Origin: a virus
Lineage: Duplodnaviria; Caudoviricetes
Length of the DNA: 64,000 bases
IMG/VR virus record: IMGVR_UViG_3300042445_001485
Direction: 5' to 3' (one strand)
How positions within the stretch are numbered: position 1 is the stretch's first letter; the number at the start of each line of letters is the position of its first letter. This document shows, one piece after another, positions 7,271 to 17,070 of the stretch. A program made the translations under genes and the position numbers. The notes beneath the pieces are model-generated. The model had not been told where the DNA came from. It was given only the letters and a program-made list of their open reading frames with translations, and did not search any database.

Positions 7271-7846
7271 TTAGTCCTTGTAAAAAATATGGCGGCCAAT
7301 TTGGCTAATTTTCTTCTTGCCCCAGTTGGGACTGACATAATCGCCATGGAAGTAAAGTGCATCACGCATTGTACTAAGTCCAAAGTTTTCTAGCAACACT
7401 TTCTTTGCCACTTCTTCACTTTCTCGATAAAGTGCAGGATATATGGGTCGGATTTTGTGTGTGGCTTCGCAGACCCAGCTGAATTGGCAAACTATTTTGC
7501 CAAGGTAATTGTTCTGTTGATATACCACTCCGCATACTCCTTCGCCAAATCGACCTGATGTAACTCGGTTCATGGTAACTTGAGCCACAGCAACTTTGCC
7601 TTCAAACGGCTCACTTGCGGCTTCCCAATAGATGTTCCTGGTCAAACAATCCAACTGACGAGTACGATCTGCTGTACTGACGAAACCTTGACGGTAAGCT
7701 TCTGAGCCTTCCCTTAGGTTTTCGAATTTAATATTGACTACCTGTACCAGTACAGCGGCAATTAACATTAAACCTAAAAATTTCAACAGCATTGTAGTGA
7801 ATGCCGCTAAAAGGTCTTGGTTGATACGAGACATGAGTGTCATCAT
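7271..7846 (-). CDS. Cell-wall hydrolase, SleB/Hydrolase_2 family, with N-terminal anchor
   Basis: CLTRNIYWEAASEPFEGKVAVAQVTMNRV...CGVVYQ...CQFSW...ALYFH...IGRHIFY. Confidence 0.9.
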   Translation of the reverse strand: MMTLMSRINQDLLAAFTTMLLKFLGLMLIAAVLVQVVNIKFENLREGSEAYRQGFVSTADRTRQLDCLTRNIYWEAASEPFEGKVAVAQVTMNRVTSGRFGEGVCGVVYQQNNYLGKIVCQFSWVCEATHKIRPIYPALYRESEEVAKKVLLENFGLSTMRDALYFHGDYVSPNWGKKKISQIGRHIFYKD

Positions 7847-7932
7847 ATTTTACCTCCTTCTATAGGTGTGTAGTTTTATATAACCCATTAAGTCTTGGGG
7901 TAAACGACTACTATAACCCAATGACTGAGTAT

Positions 7933-7961
7933 ATTATAGCGTTTTTTTCGTAGAAAAGCAA
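7933..7961 (-). promoter_or_regulatory. sigma70-type promoter for the cell-wall hydrolase, with ~85-nt structured leader
   Basis: TTGCTT-17 bp-TATAAT; upstream hairpin atgggc-agttaat-gcccat terminates the previous gene. Confidence 0.6.
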
Positions 7962-7985
7962 GTAATATGGGCAGTTAATGCCCAT

Positions 7986-9545
7986 TTATTTTTTGTATTT
8001 TGTACCAATCAGCAACGAGTTGCGAGACTGCACCAACAGATTTCTTCCCTCAACCAGAGCGGCATGAATGGCATCGCCACCAGCATTGCTCTGGCGGCAT
8101 CCTTCAAAAAGTGTGGCATAATTTAGTCCCTGACTATCAACTCCATAGTCATGTAAATTATTAACCATGCTCAAAATACCGGTAACTCCGGCTGGGGTTA
8201 TGTCGTCCAGTTGTATTCCCGCCAATAATAAATTATTCAATTCAGTTGTCACTTGAGATTGCATGGCAGTGACAGCAGAATTTCCTGTGGTGGCCGTTGA
8301 GCTGAGTGCTGTTGTGGTGTTGAAGGTATTGGCCGCCGACCAAAGCGCCACAAATGCATTATCAATTTTGCTGGCTAGGCCGGTTGCACATTGTGTAATG
8401 ACATTTGCTAAATTTGCGTTAAGGGCTGTACCTGCTGTGTCAGACTCTGCTGTGGTTAAACAACTGCTGATGGTTGTAAGTGCCGTACTGTGGGTAACTC
8501 CTGCTATAGAACCCATAACATCTGTTATAGTTGGGTTACCTAGACTGCCTGTACCTGTACCTATAGAAGCAGACAAATTGGCATAATCAGAATCTGATAT
8601 AATATCAGTATAGGCATCCAAGTAAGTGAGGACAGGAACTTCAATGTTGTTTAATAAATCAGCAACTTCTGTAAAAGATTTAAATCTGCCGCCTAAGTTA
8701 ATGAACTCATTGGCCAAGCCTGCAAAGTCACCACCGGGAACAACTGCCAGCTCTGCACTATTAAAGATCTTACTCAAGTCAAGCAATTGACTTAAATCTG
8801 TTATGGTAGAATTTGGTCTAAGGCCTGTTTGAGAAATAATTTTGTTTAGTGTGTCGCCTTTGATACTTGATAAGAATATAAGTAGTGTATTGGCGTCATC
8901 TGTTCTCCAAGTGGTAGGCAATAAGTAACCACCGATTATATAATCGGATTTCTGCGTTTCTGCAAAGCCATAGTCTATTAGATTCTGTATAAATGTTGCA
9001 GGGTCGCCTAATTTGTTTAGATTTTTAACATCATAGGCAGTACCAAAGCGGCGAATGCCATTGCTTAATGTGGCCATTTGTGCATCAGTGCCGAAGATGT
9101 TACTAAGTCCATTAGCAACTGCGCTACTGTGATTTGTAACACTGATACCCAGATCATCAAATGTTTGATCATAAAAAGTTTCCAACATGGTCTGTGTTGC
9201 TAGACTTGCTGTAACAAATGCACCGGCTTGTGATAGTATAGCAGTAAACTTTGTGATATCGTATAGGCCGTTGCCAATGCTGGGCAACATTTTATTGTAG
9301 TGTGATGACACCGTGGAAATTGTTGTGTTAGCGTTAGCAATATACAAGGGCAAGTATAAGTTAGTTACTGTCCATCCTCTAGCAGACAGGGTATTGCCGT
9401 GTGTGGTTCCAGGTTGTAGATTTGAATAGTTGCTGACTAGACCATTGGTGCTGATAGTGGTCATAGCCGAGGTCATAATGGCATTGGGTTGCAGGCCAAC
9501 ATTGCCAAGTAGATTTGACGCTGAGATCATCAATGACGGAGTCAT
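7986..9545 (-). CDS. Putative tail/baseplate-associated structural protein
   Basis: 519 aa, Ser/Thr/Asn/Ala-rich, immediately downstream of the PAAR-like gene. Confidence 0.5.
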   Translation of the reverse strand: MTPSLMISASNLLGNVGLQPNAIMTSAMTTISTNGLVSNYSNLQPGTTHGNTLSARGWTVTNLYLPLYIANANTTISTVSSHYNKMLPSIGNGLYDITKFTAILSQAGAFVTASLATQTMLETFYDQTFDDLGISVTNHSSAVANGLSNIFGTDAQMATLSNGIRRFGTAYDVKNLNKLGDPATFIQNLIDYGFAETQKSDYIIGGYLLPTTWRTDDANTLLIFLSSIKGDTLNKIISQTGLRPNSTITDLSQLLDLSKIFNSAELAVVPGGDFAGLANEFINLGGRFKSFTEVADLLNNIEVPVLTYLDAYTDIISDSDYANLSASIGTGTGSLGNPTITDVMGSIAGVTHSTALTTISSCLTTAESDTAGTALNANLANVITQCATGLASKIDNAFVALWSAANTFNTTTALSSTATTGNSAVTAMQSQVTTELNNLLLAGIQLDDITPAGVTGILSMVNNLHDYGVDSQGLNYATLFEGCRQSNAGGDAIHAALVEGRNLLVQSRNSLLIGTKYKK

Positions 9546-9546
9546 A

Positions 9547-9840
9547 TCACGATCCTACCGTTACTGTTGCGGCGCCCGGGCCTGTGATGGGACCTGGTCC
9601 CCAAAACTCTCTGCGATTTTTTTTAACTGATACTGTGGTAGTATCTCCAACAAAACTCAATGCTTTACCTTCAATGGTTACAGTACTGGATCCCGGACCC
9701 GTAACAGTTTCGCCGTGATCTGTTTTGTCGCTTGATACCAGTGTTGGTGGTTTGCCTTCAATCGTGACTGTACTTGCTCCAGGGCCTGCTACGCTTTCGC
9801 CCTTGGCAGTTGCATCACCGAGTAACGAAGGTACGGCCAT
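9547..9840 (-). CDS. PAAR-like spike-tip protein
   Basis: Repeats GPG(A/S)STVTIEGK, GD and DHG motifs typical of the PAAR-fold repeats. Confidence 0.75.
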   Translation of the reverse strand: MAVPSLLGDATAKGESVAGPGASTVTIEGKPPTLVSSDKTDHGETVTGPGSSTVTIEGKALSFVGDTTTVSVKKNRREFWGPGPITGPGAATVTVGS

Positions 9841-9841
9841 G

Positions 9842-10156
9842 TTATACTATGATCTTTTGTTTTGGTGCAACATCAATACCTGTTGTGGTTTTGATATAGT
9901 GCGATTTCATTTGTTCTAGAGACTCGGCATGGAACATGACATGTTGCCTACTTAGAAATACCTTGGCATCTTGTTCGGCACTGAATAAACTCTGAATCAA
10001 GCCTATACCTTGTTGACTTGGCATGACCGTACAGGGACTGGCAACACTGAAGCCTTCGCCTGTTTCTTCCACAACCTTGGCTACTAGCTCGTCACCGTTG
10101 ACCATTTTAAAACTTGCTATGTCGCCTGCGGCATATTGTTGATTTGTTACTAGCAT
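9842..10156 (-). CDS. Conserved hypothetical protein (Sm-like small beta protein)
   Basis: GDIASFKMVNGDELVAKV pattern common next to phage glutaredoxins. Confidence 0.6.
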   Translation of the reverse strand: MLVTNQQYAAGDIASFKMVNGDELVAKVVEETGEGFSVASPCTVMPSQQGIGLIQSLFSAEQDAKVFLSRQHVMFHAESLEQMKSHYIKTTTGIDVAPKQKIIV

Positions 10157-10157
10157 G

Positions 10158-10400
10158 TTATACCCTTAGTTCTGCCCAAAACTCTTCGCCTTTGCCAGCG
10201 ATGCCTTGGTAACCACCCGGAACAAGAGTTGTGCCATTGAATATCTGCGGAACACTACGCAGGCCCAAGTCTACCAGATGTTGTCTTGCATCCGAATCTT
10301 CTTCGATGCTGACTGTGGTATATTCTACACCACGACTCTCTAATAGACTTTTAGCCCGATCGCAAAACGGGCAATTACTTTTTGAATAAACTGTTATCAT
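10158..10400 (-). CDS. Glutaredoxin (NrdH/GrxC-like)
   Basis: CPFC active site, RSVPQIF, GGY; adjacent to nrdB. Confidence 0.92.
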   Translation of the reverse strand: MITVYSKSNCPFCDRAKSLLESRGVEYTTVSIEEDSDARQHLVDLGLRSVPQIFNGTTLVPGGYQGIAGKGEEFWAELRV

Positions 10401-11527
10401 TATAAACTAAAACCTTTAAATGTGTCGTTGTCGACATCTTGTTTTGTACCACCCACTACATAACTGCTGATTTCAGTTTCTTGCGGTGCCACTTGTACTT
10501 CTGCGCCTGCAATCCATTTAGCAGTCCACGGTAGGGGATTAGATCCGGGCTTCATACCACAATCCAATCCTACTGCTGTCATACGCTTGCAAGTCAACCA
10601 ATCAACATACTGTCCCAATAATTGCTCATTGAGTCCAATCATTGATCCGTCCTTAAACAAATATTTAGCCCATGCTTTTTCCTGTTCTGCGGCCTTTAAA
10701 AACATTGCTTCACATTCAGCTTTTGTTTCTTGTTTGAGTTCGGCAAACGCAGGATCATCGCCGGGCAACAATTTGATCAACATCTGAGTACTACCCAAGT
10801 GGACATTCTCGTCACGGCAGATTAATTTAATAATCTTGGCATTGCCTTCCATCTTCTTGAGCTCAGCAAAGGCCCAAGAGCAGGCAAACGAAACATAGAA
10901 GCGAATACCTTCTAGTGCGTTTACGCTATTGATAGCAAGCCATAGTTTCTTCTTGAGTTGGTATGTGTCAATCACTAGTTCTCGGCCGTTAATGACATGT
11001 GTGCCTGCGCCCAATAGGTTATAATAACCACCGTACTCAATCACATCATCATAGTATTTGCTAATGTCTTTGGCACAATTAACGATGGGCTCAATGTCCA
11101 TGAGTTCGTCAAAAATTCTACCGGGGTCTGAGTATACATTGCGAATAATGTGAGTATAACTGCGGCTATGGATGGTTTCATTAAATGCCCAAGTTTGTAT
11201 CCAGGTCTCTAACTCCGGAATCGAAACAAAGGGTAAGAACGCCAGATTAGGACTGCGTCCTTGTACGCTATCCAATAGAATTTGTCTTTTTAAGTTGCTG
11301 GTAAAAATATGCTGTTCAAATTCTGTTAACTCTTTGAAGTCTTTGCTGTCACGCATGACATCAACTTCTTCAGGCCTCCAAAAAAATCCCAACTGCTTGT
11401 CAGTTAGTTTGTCAAACTGTCTGTACTTCAGTGTCTCATATCGTTGTAGTGTTACTGACCCACTGGGGTCTAAAAAGGCCAGGGCCTCAGTATGTTTTTT
11501 ATTATTGTTAATATTGAATACACTCAT
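10400..11527 (-). CDS. nrdB: Ribonucleotide reductase class Ia beta subunit
   Basis: FFWRPEEV, ETIHSRSY, LEGIRFYVSF, RDENVH, VAPQETEISSY. Confidence 0.98.
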   Translation of the reverse strand: MSVFNINNNKKHTEALAFLDPSGSVTLQRYETLKYRQFDKLTDKQLGFFWRPEEVDVMRDSKDFKELTEFEQHIFTSNLKRQILLDSVQGRSPNLAFLPFVSIPELETWIQTWAFNETIHSRSYTHIIRNVYSDPGRIFDELMDIEPIVNCAKDISKYYDDVIEYGGYYNLLGAGTHVINGRELVIDTYQLKKKLWLAINSVNALEGIRFYVSFACSWAFAELKKMEGNAKIIKLICRDENVHLGSTQMLIKLLPGDDPAFAELKQETKAECEAMFLKAAEQEKAWAKYLFKDGSMIGLNEQLLGQYVDWLTCKRMTAVGLDCGMKPGSNPLPWTAKWIAGAEVQVAPQETEISSYVVGGTKQDVDNDTFKGFSL

Positions 11528-11542
11528 ACCACTATGTTATCC

Positions 11543-12238
11543 TTATGTTTTTTCAAATACGATCCTAACAGTACCATCAAGTTCATTCATGTACTCCATG
11601 GAGTCAAGATCAAATACCAAATACTTACAAGGCAAGTTACTCAGTTGATCTCTAACATAGTCGTCAACTTCATAATATGAAGGATCAGGAGTACCAAACA
11701 AACCATCTAGTACCTCAGCATCTTCTCTCTGCAACATGGGTGCCAAATCCAGGGCAATATAACCACGACCGCCAGGGCTAACAATGGATACAAAATTTTC
11801 AACTATTTCTTTGACCTGTGACAACGGACTATAATGCAAAGAACAGATACTTATAGCCGACTCGAATTGTCCTTCGTTGTACATAACAAAATTTTGATCA
11901 AAGAAATCATGACTATCGCCATAATAATTTGGATCTCCTTCCACATCAGGGGATATGCCCACAATTTGCGGAACATACTTTTTAAACATATTCCAACCAC
12001 AGCCAATGTCAAAAATGCTGTCGGGGGTTTTTTCTAATATGTACTGCAGGTAGTAAAAACTAGTTACCGTACAAATGCGTAGACCAAGGGCTTGTCGTAG
12101 TGTAGGGTATATGTTAAAGGGCATGGTGTGTTTGTCCCATATCAGAGTATCAAAATCTTTTTCAAGTTTTTGGAACATCTCAGTTTTACTAAACTGTTCT
12201 TCAAATTCTTCTTGGTTATATTCGTTTAAATTATGCAT
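11543..12238 (-). CDS. Class I SAM-dependent methyltransferase-like protein between nrdA and nrdB
   Basis: SIFDIGCGW motif I and SICSLHY post-motif. Confidence 0.65.
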   Translation of the reverse strand: MHNLNEYNQEEFEEQFSKTEMFQKLEKDFDTLIWDKHTMPFNIYPTLRQALGLRICTVTSFYYLQYILEKTPDSIFDIGCGWNMFKKYVPQIVGISPDVEGDPNYYGDSHDFFDQNFVMYNEGQFESAISICSLHYSPLSQVKEIVENFVSIVSPGGRGYIALDLAPMLQREDAEVLDGLFGTPDPSYYEVDDYVRDQLSNLPCKYLVFDLDSMEYMNELDGTVRIVFEKT

Positions 12239-14532
12239 GAGTCACAATCCTCTTGATTTTCAATTGTTTCTGCCATAGGGAGAGTTTGTTTTTCACCTAT
12301 TTTGTCAACATCAATTTCGCCCTGGCCGTCATTGGTGTTAAAATAGTATAATTGCTTAGTTCCATATTTATAGCACATGATCAAGTGCTTGAGCATTTCA
12401 CTCATGGGGATCTTTTCATCATCGTAAAACTTAGGGTTATACGAAGTGTTGGTACTGATACCTTGATCAATATATTTTTGCAATACTGCACAAATTTTTA
12501 GATATCCTTCTGGACTCTTTTGATCCCACAATAGTTCATATTTGTTTTTCAATTTACGATACTCTGGTACAACCTGTCGTAATACGCCATGTTTGCTTTG
12601 TTTAATGCTTACATAACTTCTAGGTGGTTCTATTCCGTTAGTAGCATTACTTATCTGTGCTGAGGTCTCTGCAGGCATTAATGCCATCAAAGTGGCATTG
12701 CGAATGCCTGTGTTGAGAATTTGCTCACGCAAGGCACGCCACGGCATGCGCTCTTGATGTGGCACTAATTCATCCACTTCTTGCTTTCGTGTATCGATTG
12801 GCAATAGGCCGTCTGCATACTTTAAATTTTTCCAGGCAAGGCATGGTCCCTGCTCAACGGCAAGATCAGCACTGGCTTTAATTAAATAATAACTCCAGGC
12901 TTCTGCATATTCATCTACTAATGCTAATGCTTTTGGATCACTGTAACTAATATCATGTTTGGCCAAAAAGTAAGCAAAGTTAATAATACCGTTACCCAGT
13001 GGGCGGTATTCTTGTGTTGATAGTTCAGCGGCTCGAACAGGATAATTCTGATAACTGAGTAACGCATCTAATCCACGAACACTCAATGTACACATACGCT
13101 CAAAATCTCGGGGGGATCGAACATTACCCCAATTTTGTGCGCTGAGTGTACACAATGCAATACGACCATTTTCATCCCGAATATCATTGAGTGGTACTGT
13201 TGGCAAGTCAATTTCACTGCATAAATTGCTCATCTTAATTGGAGCAATCTTTTCCTTAAATGGGCTGTGTGTGTTGGCATGATCTACATTTTGCAAATAG
13301 ATGCGGCCTGTATCTTTACGCTCAGTCATAAACCGGCTAAACAAGTCCGCGGCTCTGAATGTTTTCTTACGCAATTTAGTATTACGCTCGGCCTTTTCAT
13401 ATAACTCTTTAAAACGATCTTGATCGTTAAAAAATGCATTATACATTTCCGGAACATCATGCGGACTAAAACAAGTAATGTCTCCACCTGTTATCAATCG
13501 TTCATACATGAGTTTATTAAACTGAACACCATAATCCATTTGACGCACACGATTTTCTTCTGTGCCTTTATTGTTCTTTAGTACCAACAAGTCTTCAATT
13601 TCTAAATGCCATAGTGGATAATAAGCAGTGGCGGCACCATTGCGTACACCACCCTGACTGCAACTGCGAGTTGCGGCTTGAAATAGTTTTAAGAAGGGAG
13701 TAACACCAGTATGGTATGCATCACCGCTACGAATAGGGCTGCCAAGGGCTCTAATACTGCCTGCACCAATTCCGATTCCGGCTTTTTGGCTAACATACTT
13801 GACAATACTTGCGGCAGTAGCGTTAATGGAATCCAGACTATCATCAGACTCAATAAGAACACAACTGCTGAATTGTTTTTGCGGTGTTCGTACACCAGCC
13901 ATAACAGGGGTAGGTAAAGAGATATCAAAAGTACTGATTGCATCATAGTAATCCTTTACCCATTGTAGTCTAGTAGTTCGGGGATAGGCCATAAACAAGG
14001 TTGCGGCTATCATCATATAGGCCACTTGCGGAGTTTCGTAAATCTCATTGGTGACGCGATTTTGTACCAGGTACTTGCCGCGCCACTGCTCCATTGCCAC
14101 ATAAGTAAATGTTTCATCACGCTCATGCTTGATGTAAGTATCAAGTTGAACTATTTCATCTTCTGTGTAGTTGGCCAATAACTCCGGTGTATAATAGCCA
14201 ATATCTGTATTTCTTTTAATCAACCGTAGCAAGGGCCACGGTTTGTAACCACCATAGACCTGTTTGTGTATATGATATGTAAGTAACCGTCCGGCTACAT
14301 ATTGATAATTGGGTGTATCTTCAGATATTAAATCTGCCGCACTTTTAATCAGTGTTTCTTGAATGTCGGTACTTTTGATGCCATTATAAAATTGTATATG
14401 GCTTTTGATTTCAACTTCACTGGCGCTAACTCCTGTTATACCTTCTGTGGCCCAGAAAACAACCCGGTGTAGTTTTTCTAGATCCAGTGGTTCCCGACGA
14501 CCATCTCGCTTGGTGACTTGTATTTGACTCAT
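12226..14532 (-). CDS. nrdA: Ribonucleotide reductase class Ia alpha subunit with ATP cone
   Basis: VTKRDG ATP cone, QFSSCVLI, SNLCSEI, LMPAETSAQI, TKQLYY, C-terminal CDSC. Confidence 0.98.
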   Translation of the reverse strand: MSQIQVTKRDGRREPLDLEKLHRVVFWATEGITGVSASEVEIKSHIQFYNGIKSTDIQETLIKSAADLISEDTPNYQYVAGRLLTYHIHKQVYGGYKPWPLLRLIKRNTDIGYYTPELLANYTEDEIVQLDTYIKHERDETFTYVAMEQWRGKYLVQNRVTNEIYETPQVAYMMIAATLFMAYPRTTRLQWVKDYYDAISTFDISLPTPVMAGVRTPQKQFSSCVLIESDDSLDSINATAASIVKYVSQKAGIGIGAGSIRALGSPIRSGDAYHTGVTPFLKLFQAATRSCSQGGVRNGAATAYYPLWHLEIEDLLVLKNNKGTEENRVRQMDYGVQFNKLMYERLITGGDITCFSPHDVPEMYNAFFNDQDRFKELYEKAERNTKLRKKTFRAADLFSRFMTERKDTGRIYLQNVDHANTHSPFKEKIAPIKMSNLCSEIDLPTVPLNDIRDENGRIALCTLSAQNWGNVRSPRDFERMCTLSVRGLDALLSYQNYPVRAAELSTQEYRPLGNGIINFAYFLAKHDISYSDPKALALVDEYAEAWSYYLIKASADLAVEQGPCLAWKNLKYADGLLPIDTRKQEVDELVPHQERMPWRALREQILNTGIRNATLMALMPAETSAQISNATNGIEPPRSYVSIKQSKHGVLRQVVPEYRKLKNKYELLWDQKSPEGYLKICAVLQKYIDQGISTNTSYNPKFYDDEKIPMSEMLKHLIMCYKYGTKQLYYFNTNDGQGEIDVDKIGEKQTLPMAETIENQEDCDSCII

Positions 14533-14541
14533 TGATTCCTC

Positions 14542-14982
14542 TCAGTAACTGTCTAATTTTAATTCTGTTGGCCCATAACATTTATGGATTATTAATTTGT
14601 TAACTTGTGCTTTATTTACTACCGCTTGATCACTCATATTAAGTATATATTTTCCTTGCTCAATCCAAACTAAATTATATTGTACTCTGGATTCAGTATC
14701 ATTATATACTCGTATTTCTACTTCGGGGTTGTGTATTGTAAGTTTTATAGTATACAGCATTCCAAGACTTTTTGCAAGGTCACACCAATAATTTTCTTCC
14801 ACTAGTGTCCAAGGATCAGGCCAATTGTGTGGCTTATCTGGATCCAAGTAGTAGGCGTTGTACGGACAAGAACACCAAAATTCTGCAACCAAGTCGATTG
14901 CTTGGTCGAGAGGCATACCATCAAGAGTTTTTCGAAGTTCACGCCACCGAGACAGTCTCTCGGCAGGATTGAGTTTCCACAT
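14542..14982 (-). CDS. Hypothetical protein
   Basis: 146-aa ORF co-oriented and abutting nrdA. Confidence 0.65.
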   Translation of the reverse strand: MWKLNPAERLSRWRELRKTLDGMPLDQAIDLVAEFWCSCPYNAYYLDPDKPHNWPDPWTLVEENYWCDLAKSLGMLYTIKLTIHNPEVEIRVYNDTESRVQYNLVWIEQGKYILNMSDQAVVNKAQVNKLIIHKCYGPTELKLDSY

Positions 14983-14993
14983 TGGACTATGTT

Positions 14994-15584
14994 TTAATTA
15001 AATGAACTAATTCTGTATTGTAAATTACCAGCTGTTGTTGCTGTATAATTTAAACTTGCGGTGGTTGCATTGGCATTCATTGTAAACACAACATCTGTGT
15101 CTACCGTCTCTGTGTATTCTTCAGTAAAACTGACCGTGCTGGCTGATCGACTTAGAGTAATAGAACCAGTCCTAACCGAAGAACCTTGTCCCATGGTATA
15201 GTTAATTACTGAATTGTTTGCTGTTATAGTTGTTATAGTGGCTGCAGATGCTCCGGCTAGTAAATTAACAGAAGTAGATAAAAGCGATCCACTTTCTAGG
15301 GTGCTTACGCGAGTTGATAGTGCCGTTACATTGCCGTTAACCAGGACAAGATTACTCTGTAGTGCAATAATGTTGGCCGTAAATGTTGTCTGAAAATCAA
15401 TGATACTATACTGAGTTAATATTTCAGTTCGACCAAGGCTTGGTGCGCCTTCTTCGATTGTACCATTACCGATGTAAAGTTTGCGTGTGTCTACACTCCA
15501 TCCCAGTTCAGCTGATGCCAAATTGGGTAAATCTGATTCTAAACCGCGTCTGTGTTGAATTCTTGAGATTTGGATAACTGCCAC
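14994..15584 (-). CDS. Virion structural protein with Mtd-N-like tail-fibre attachment domain
   Basis: MAVIQISRIQHRRG...LASAELGWSVDTRKLYIGNG then coiled coil. Confidence 0.7.
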   Translation of the reverse strand: MAVIQISRIQHRRGLESDLPNLASAELGWSVDTRKLYIGNGTIEEGAPSLGRTEILTQYSIIDFQTTFTANIIALQSNLVLVNGNVTALSTRVSTLESGSLLSTSVNLLAGASAATITTITANNSVINYTMGQGSSVRTGSITLSRSASTVSFTEEYTETVDTDVVFTMNANATTASLNYTATTAGNLQYRISSFN

Positions 15585-15604
15585 GATGTATTCCTTTAAT
15601 TATA

Positions 15605-16285
15605 TTATTTATTGCGCCAAACCCGTTTATCATTAACAATAGTCCAAGTTTTTCCTAGACATCCGTTGTCTTTGATTACTTTTCCACGGTTATTTTCATA
15701 AGGACCAAGCAAAGGCATATCTGCTCTACGTATACGCCAACCTTTTGTTTGTTTTTGAAATAAATGGCTGTTAGGGTTGTTAAGGGACGACGGCATTGAC
15801 TTATCGACCTTATTTAACTCACACCATTTACTGATATTTTGCACATAAGTTTCGGTAGGGTTTGTTGTAGTACTAACATACCATCCTTTTGTCCTCTTGA
15901 GTGCTTGGGCGTGGTGCATAGATTGTTTTGCAATATCCGATAATGAGTTATACCAGACCTGCCTTCCGGCAAATCTATCCCCTGCTTTTCTTGCAGAATA
16001 ATCTATGTATCTACTCAAATCGCCACCTTCGCCACCACTAGCTAGATTGTAGCTTGTTGAGTCGTTTGTGGCATCTGTAGTTGCTATCCAGAATTTTTCT
16101 CTTTCCGATAAATGCTCTTTATTATTACAAGTTTCTAGGATAGTCTTTTCAAAATTTTCTTTCCCGTACTTGCCAATGGCATTTTTAATTGCAACGCCAG
16201 ATCCGTAATAGTAAGGTCGATTTGCCGCATCTTTGCCAATGTACCATTTGCCGTTTAACTTATTAATAACTTTATATATTACCAT
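15605..16285 (-). mobile_element. Free-standing GIY-YIG (Seg-like) homing endonuclease
   Basis: MVIYKVINKLNGKWYIGKD...YYGSG...ENFEKTILE...REKFWI...YNLASGGEGG. Confidence 0.85.
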
Positions 16286-16312
16286 ATAGTTATTTATCTG
16301 AACGACGGGCAT

Positions 16313-17023
16313 TTAGTTTGTTCGGTAATACTGCTCTACCCTCTTGGTCCACTCGTTGGTCCAGTGATCAAATTCGTCACCTTCAATAACAAATTCCAAG
16401 TATTCCGGCGTGGAATATGTCTGATCTGGCTGTAATCGAGGCTGTACTGCCATCAAAATTATCCCGGTATTGATTTCAGTGCTGTGTGTGGCATTGTGTG
16501 CCTGTGCATAGGCCGCCAACTGTACAAAATAATCATCAATATATTCACGCTTTTTAACTTTGTTGCTTTGTTTAAAGTCCATGATAGCAGGCCGACCCTT
16601 CCACAGACCCACACAGTCTGTAGTGCCGGCATATAACCCACTATAATACACAGGAACTTCATTGCCCCAGAATTCATCCACATGACACAATCCGTTTAGT
16701 ATGACTTCAGCGGCCATGTACCAACTTGCGTGTGCAAATGGATTTGTAGGCAAGGGTTTCATATCATCATTGAGTATAAATGATTCAAGATAACTATGCA
16801 TTCTAGTTCCGCGGTTGGCAGCTTCTGTGGTAATGGCCTGTGCTCTATCATGCCCAATGGCGTCGCGCCATTTTTGTAGTGCTTGTCTTGACTCTTCGCT
16901 TTTGGTTCGATCTAAGATGGTGGTAACACTGGGTACTGCACTACCATCGGGCAAACAGTAGTGTCGTTTGCCATCAATGGTTGTTCTTGATATTGGAGTA
17001 TAGTTGTAAGGTGATTTGATCAT
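16313..17023 (-). CDS. PD-(D/E)xK exonuclease (Cas4/RecB-like phage family)
   Basis: VPSVTTIL, RGTRMH, YAGTTDCV, IMDFKQS, YFVQLAAYA; start placed at MIKSPY downstream of a sigma70 promoter. Confidence 0.85.
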   Translation of the reverse strand: MIKSPYNYTPISRTTIDGKRHYCLPDGSAVPSVTTILDRTKSEESRQALQKWRDAIGHDRAQAITTEAANRGTRMHSYLESFILNDDMKPLPTNPFAHASWYMAAEVILNGLCHVDEFWGNEVPVYYSGLYAGTTDCVGLWKGRPAIMDFKQSNKVKKREYIDDYFVQLAAYAQAHNATHSTEINTGIILMAVQPRLQPDQTYSTPEYLEFVIEGDEFDHWTNEWTKRVEQYYRTN

Positions 17024-17030
17024 AATTTGT

Positions 17031-17065
17031 ATTATAACATCTACTTCGTACTTAGTCAATAAATA
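17031..17065. promoter_or_regulatory. Back-to-back promoters: sigma70-type on minus, TAAATA late-type on plus
   Basis: TTGACT(17059-17054)-17 bp-TATAAT(17036-17031) on minus; TAAATA at 17060-17065 on plus, 5 nt before the ATG at 17071. Confidence 0.65.
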
Positions 17066-17070
17066 TCAGC

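Noticed and set aside
10400-14532. Introns or inteins in nrdA/nrdB (also checked helicase and UvsW)
   Set aside because: Lengths and motif spacing are normal, with no intein Cys/His-Asn boundaries or frame breaks.
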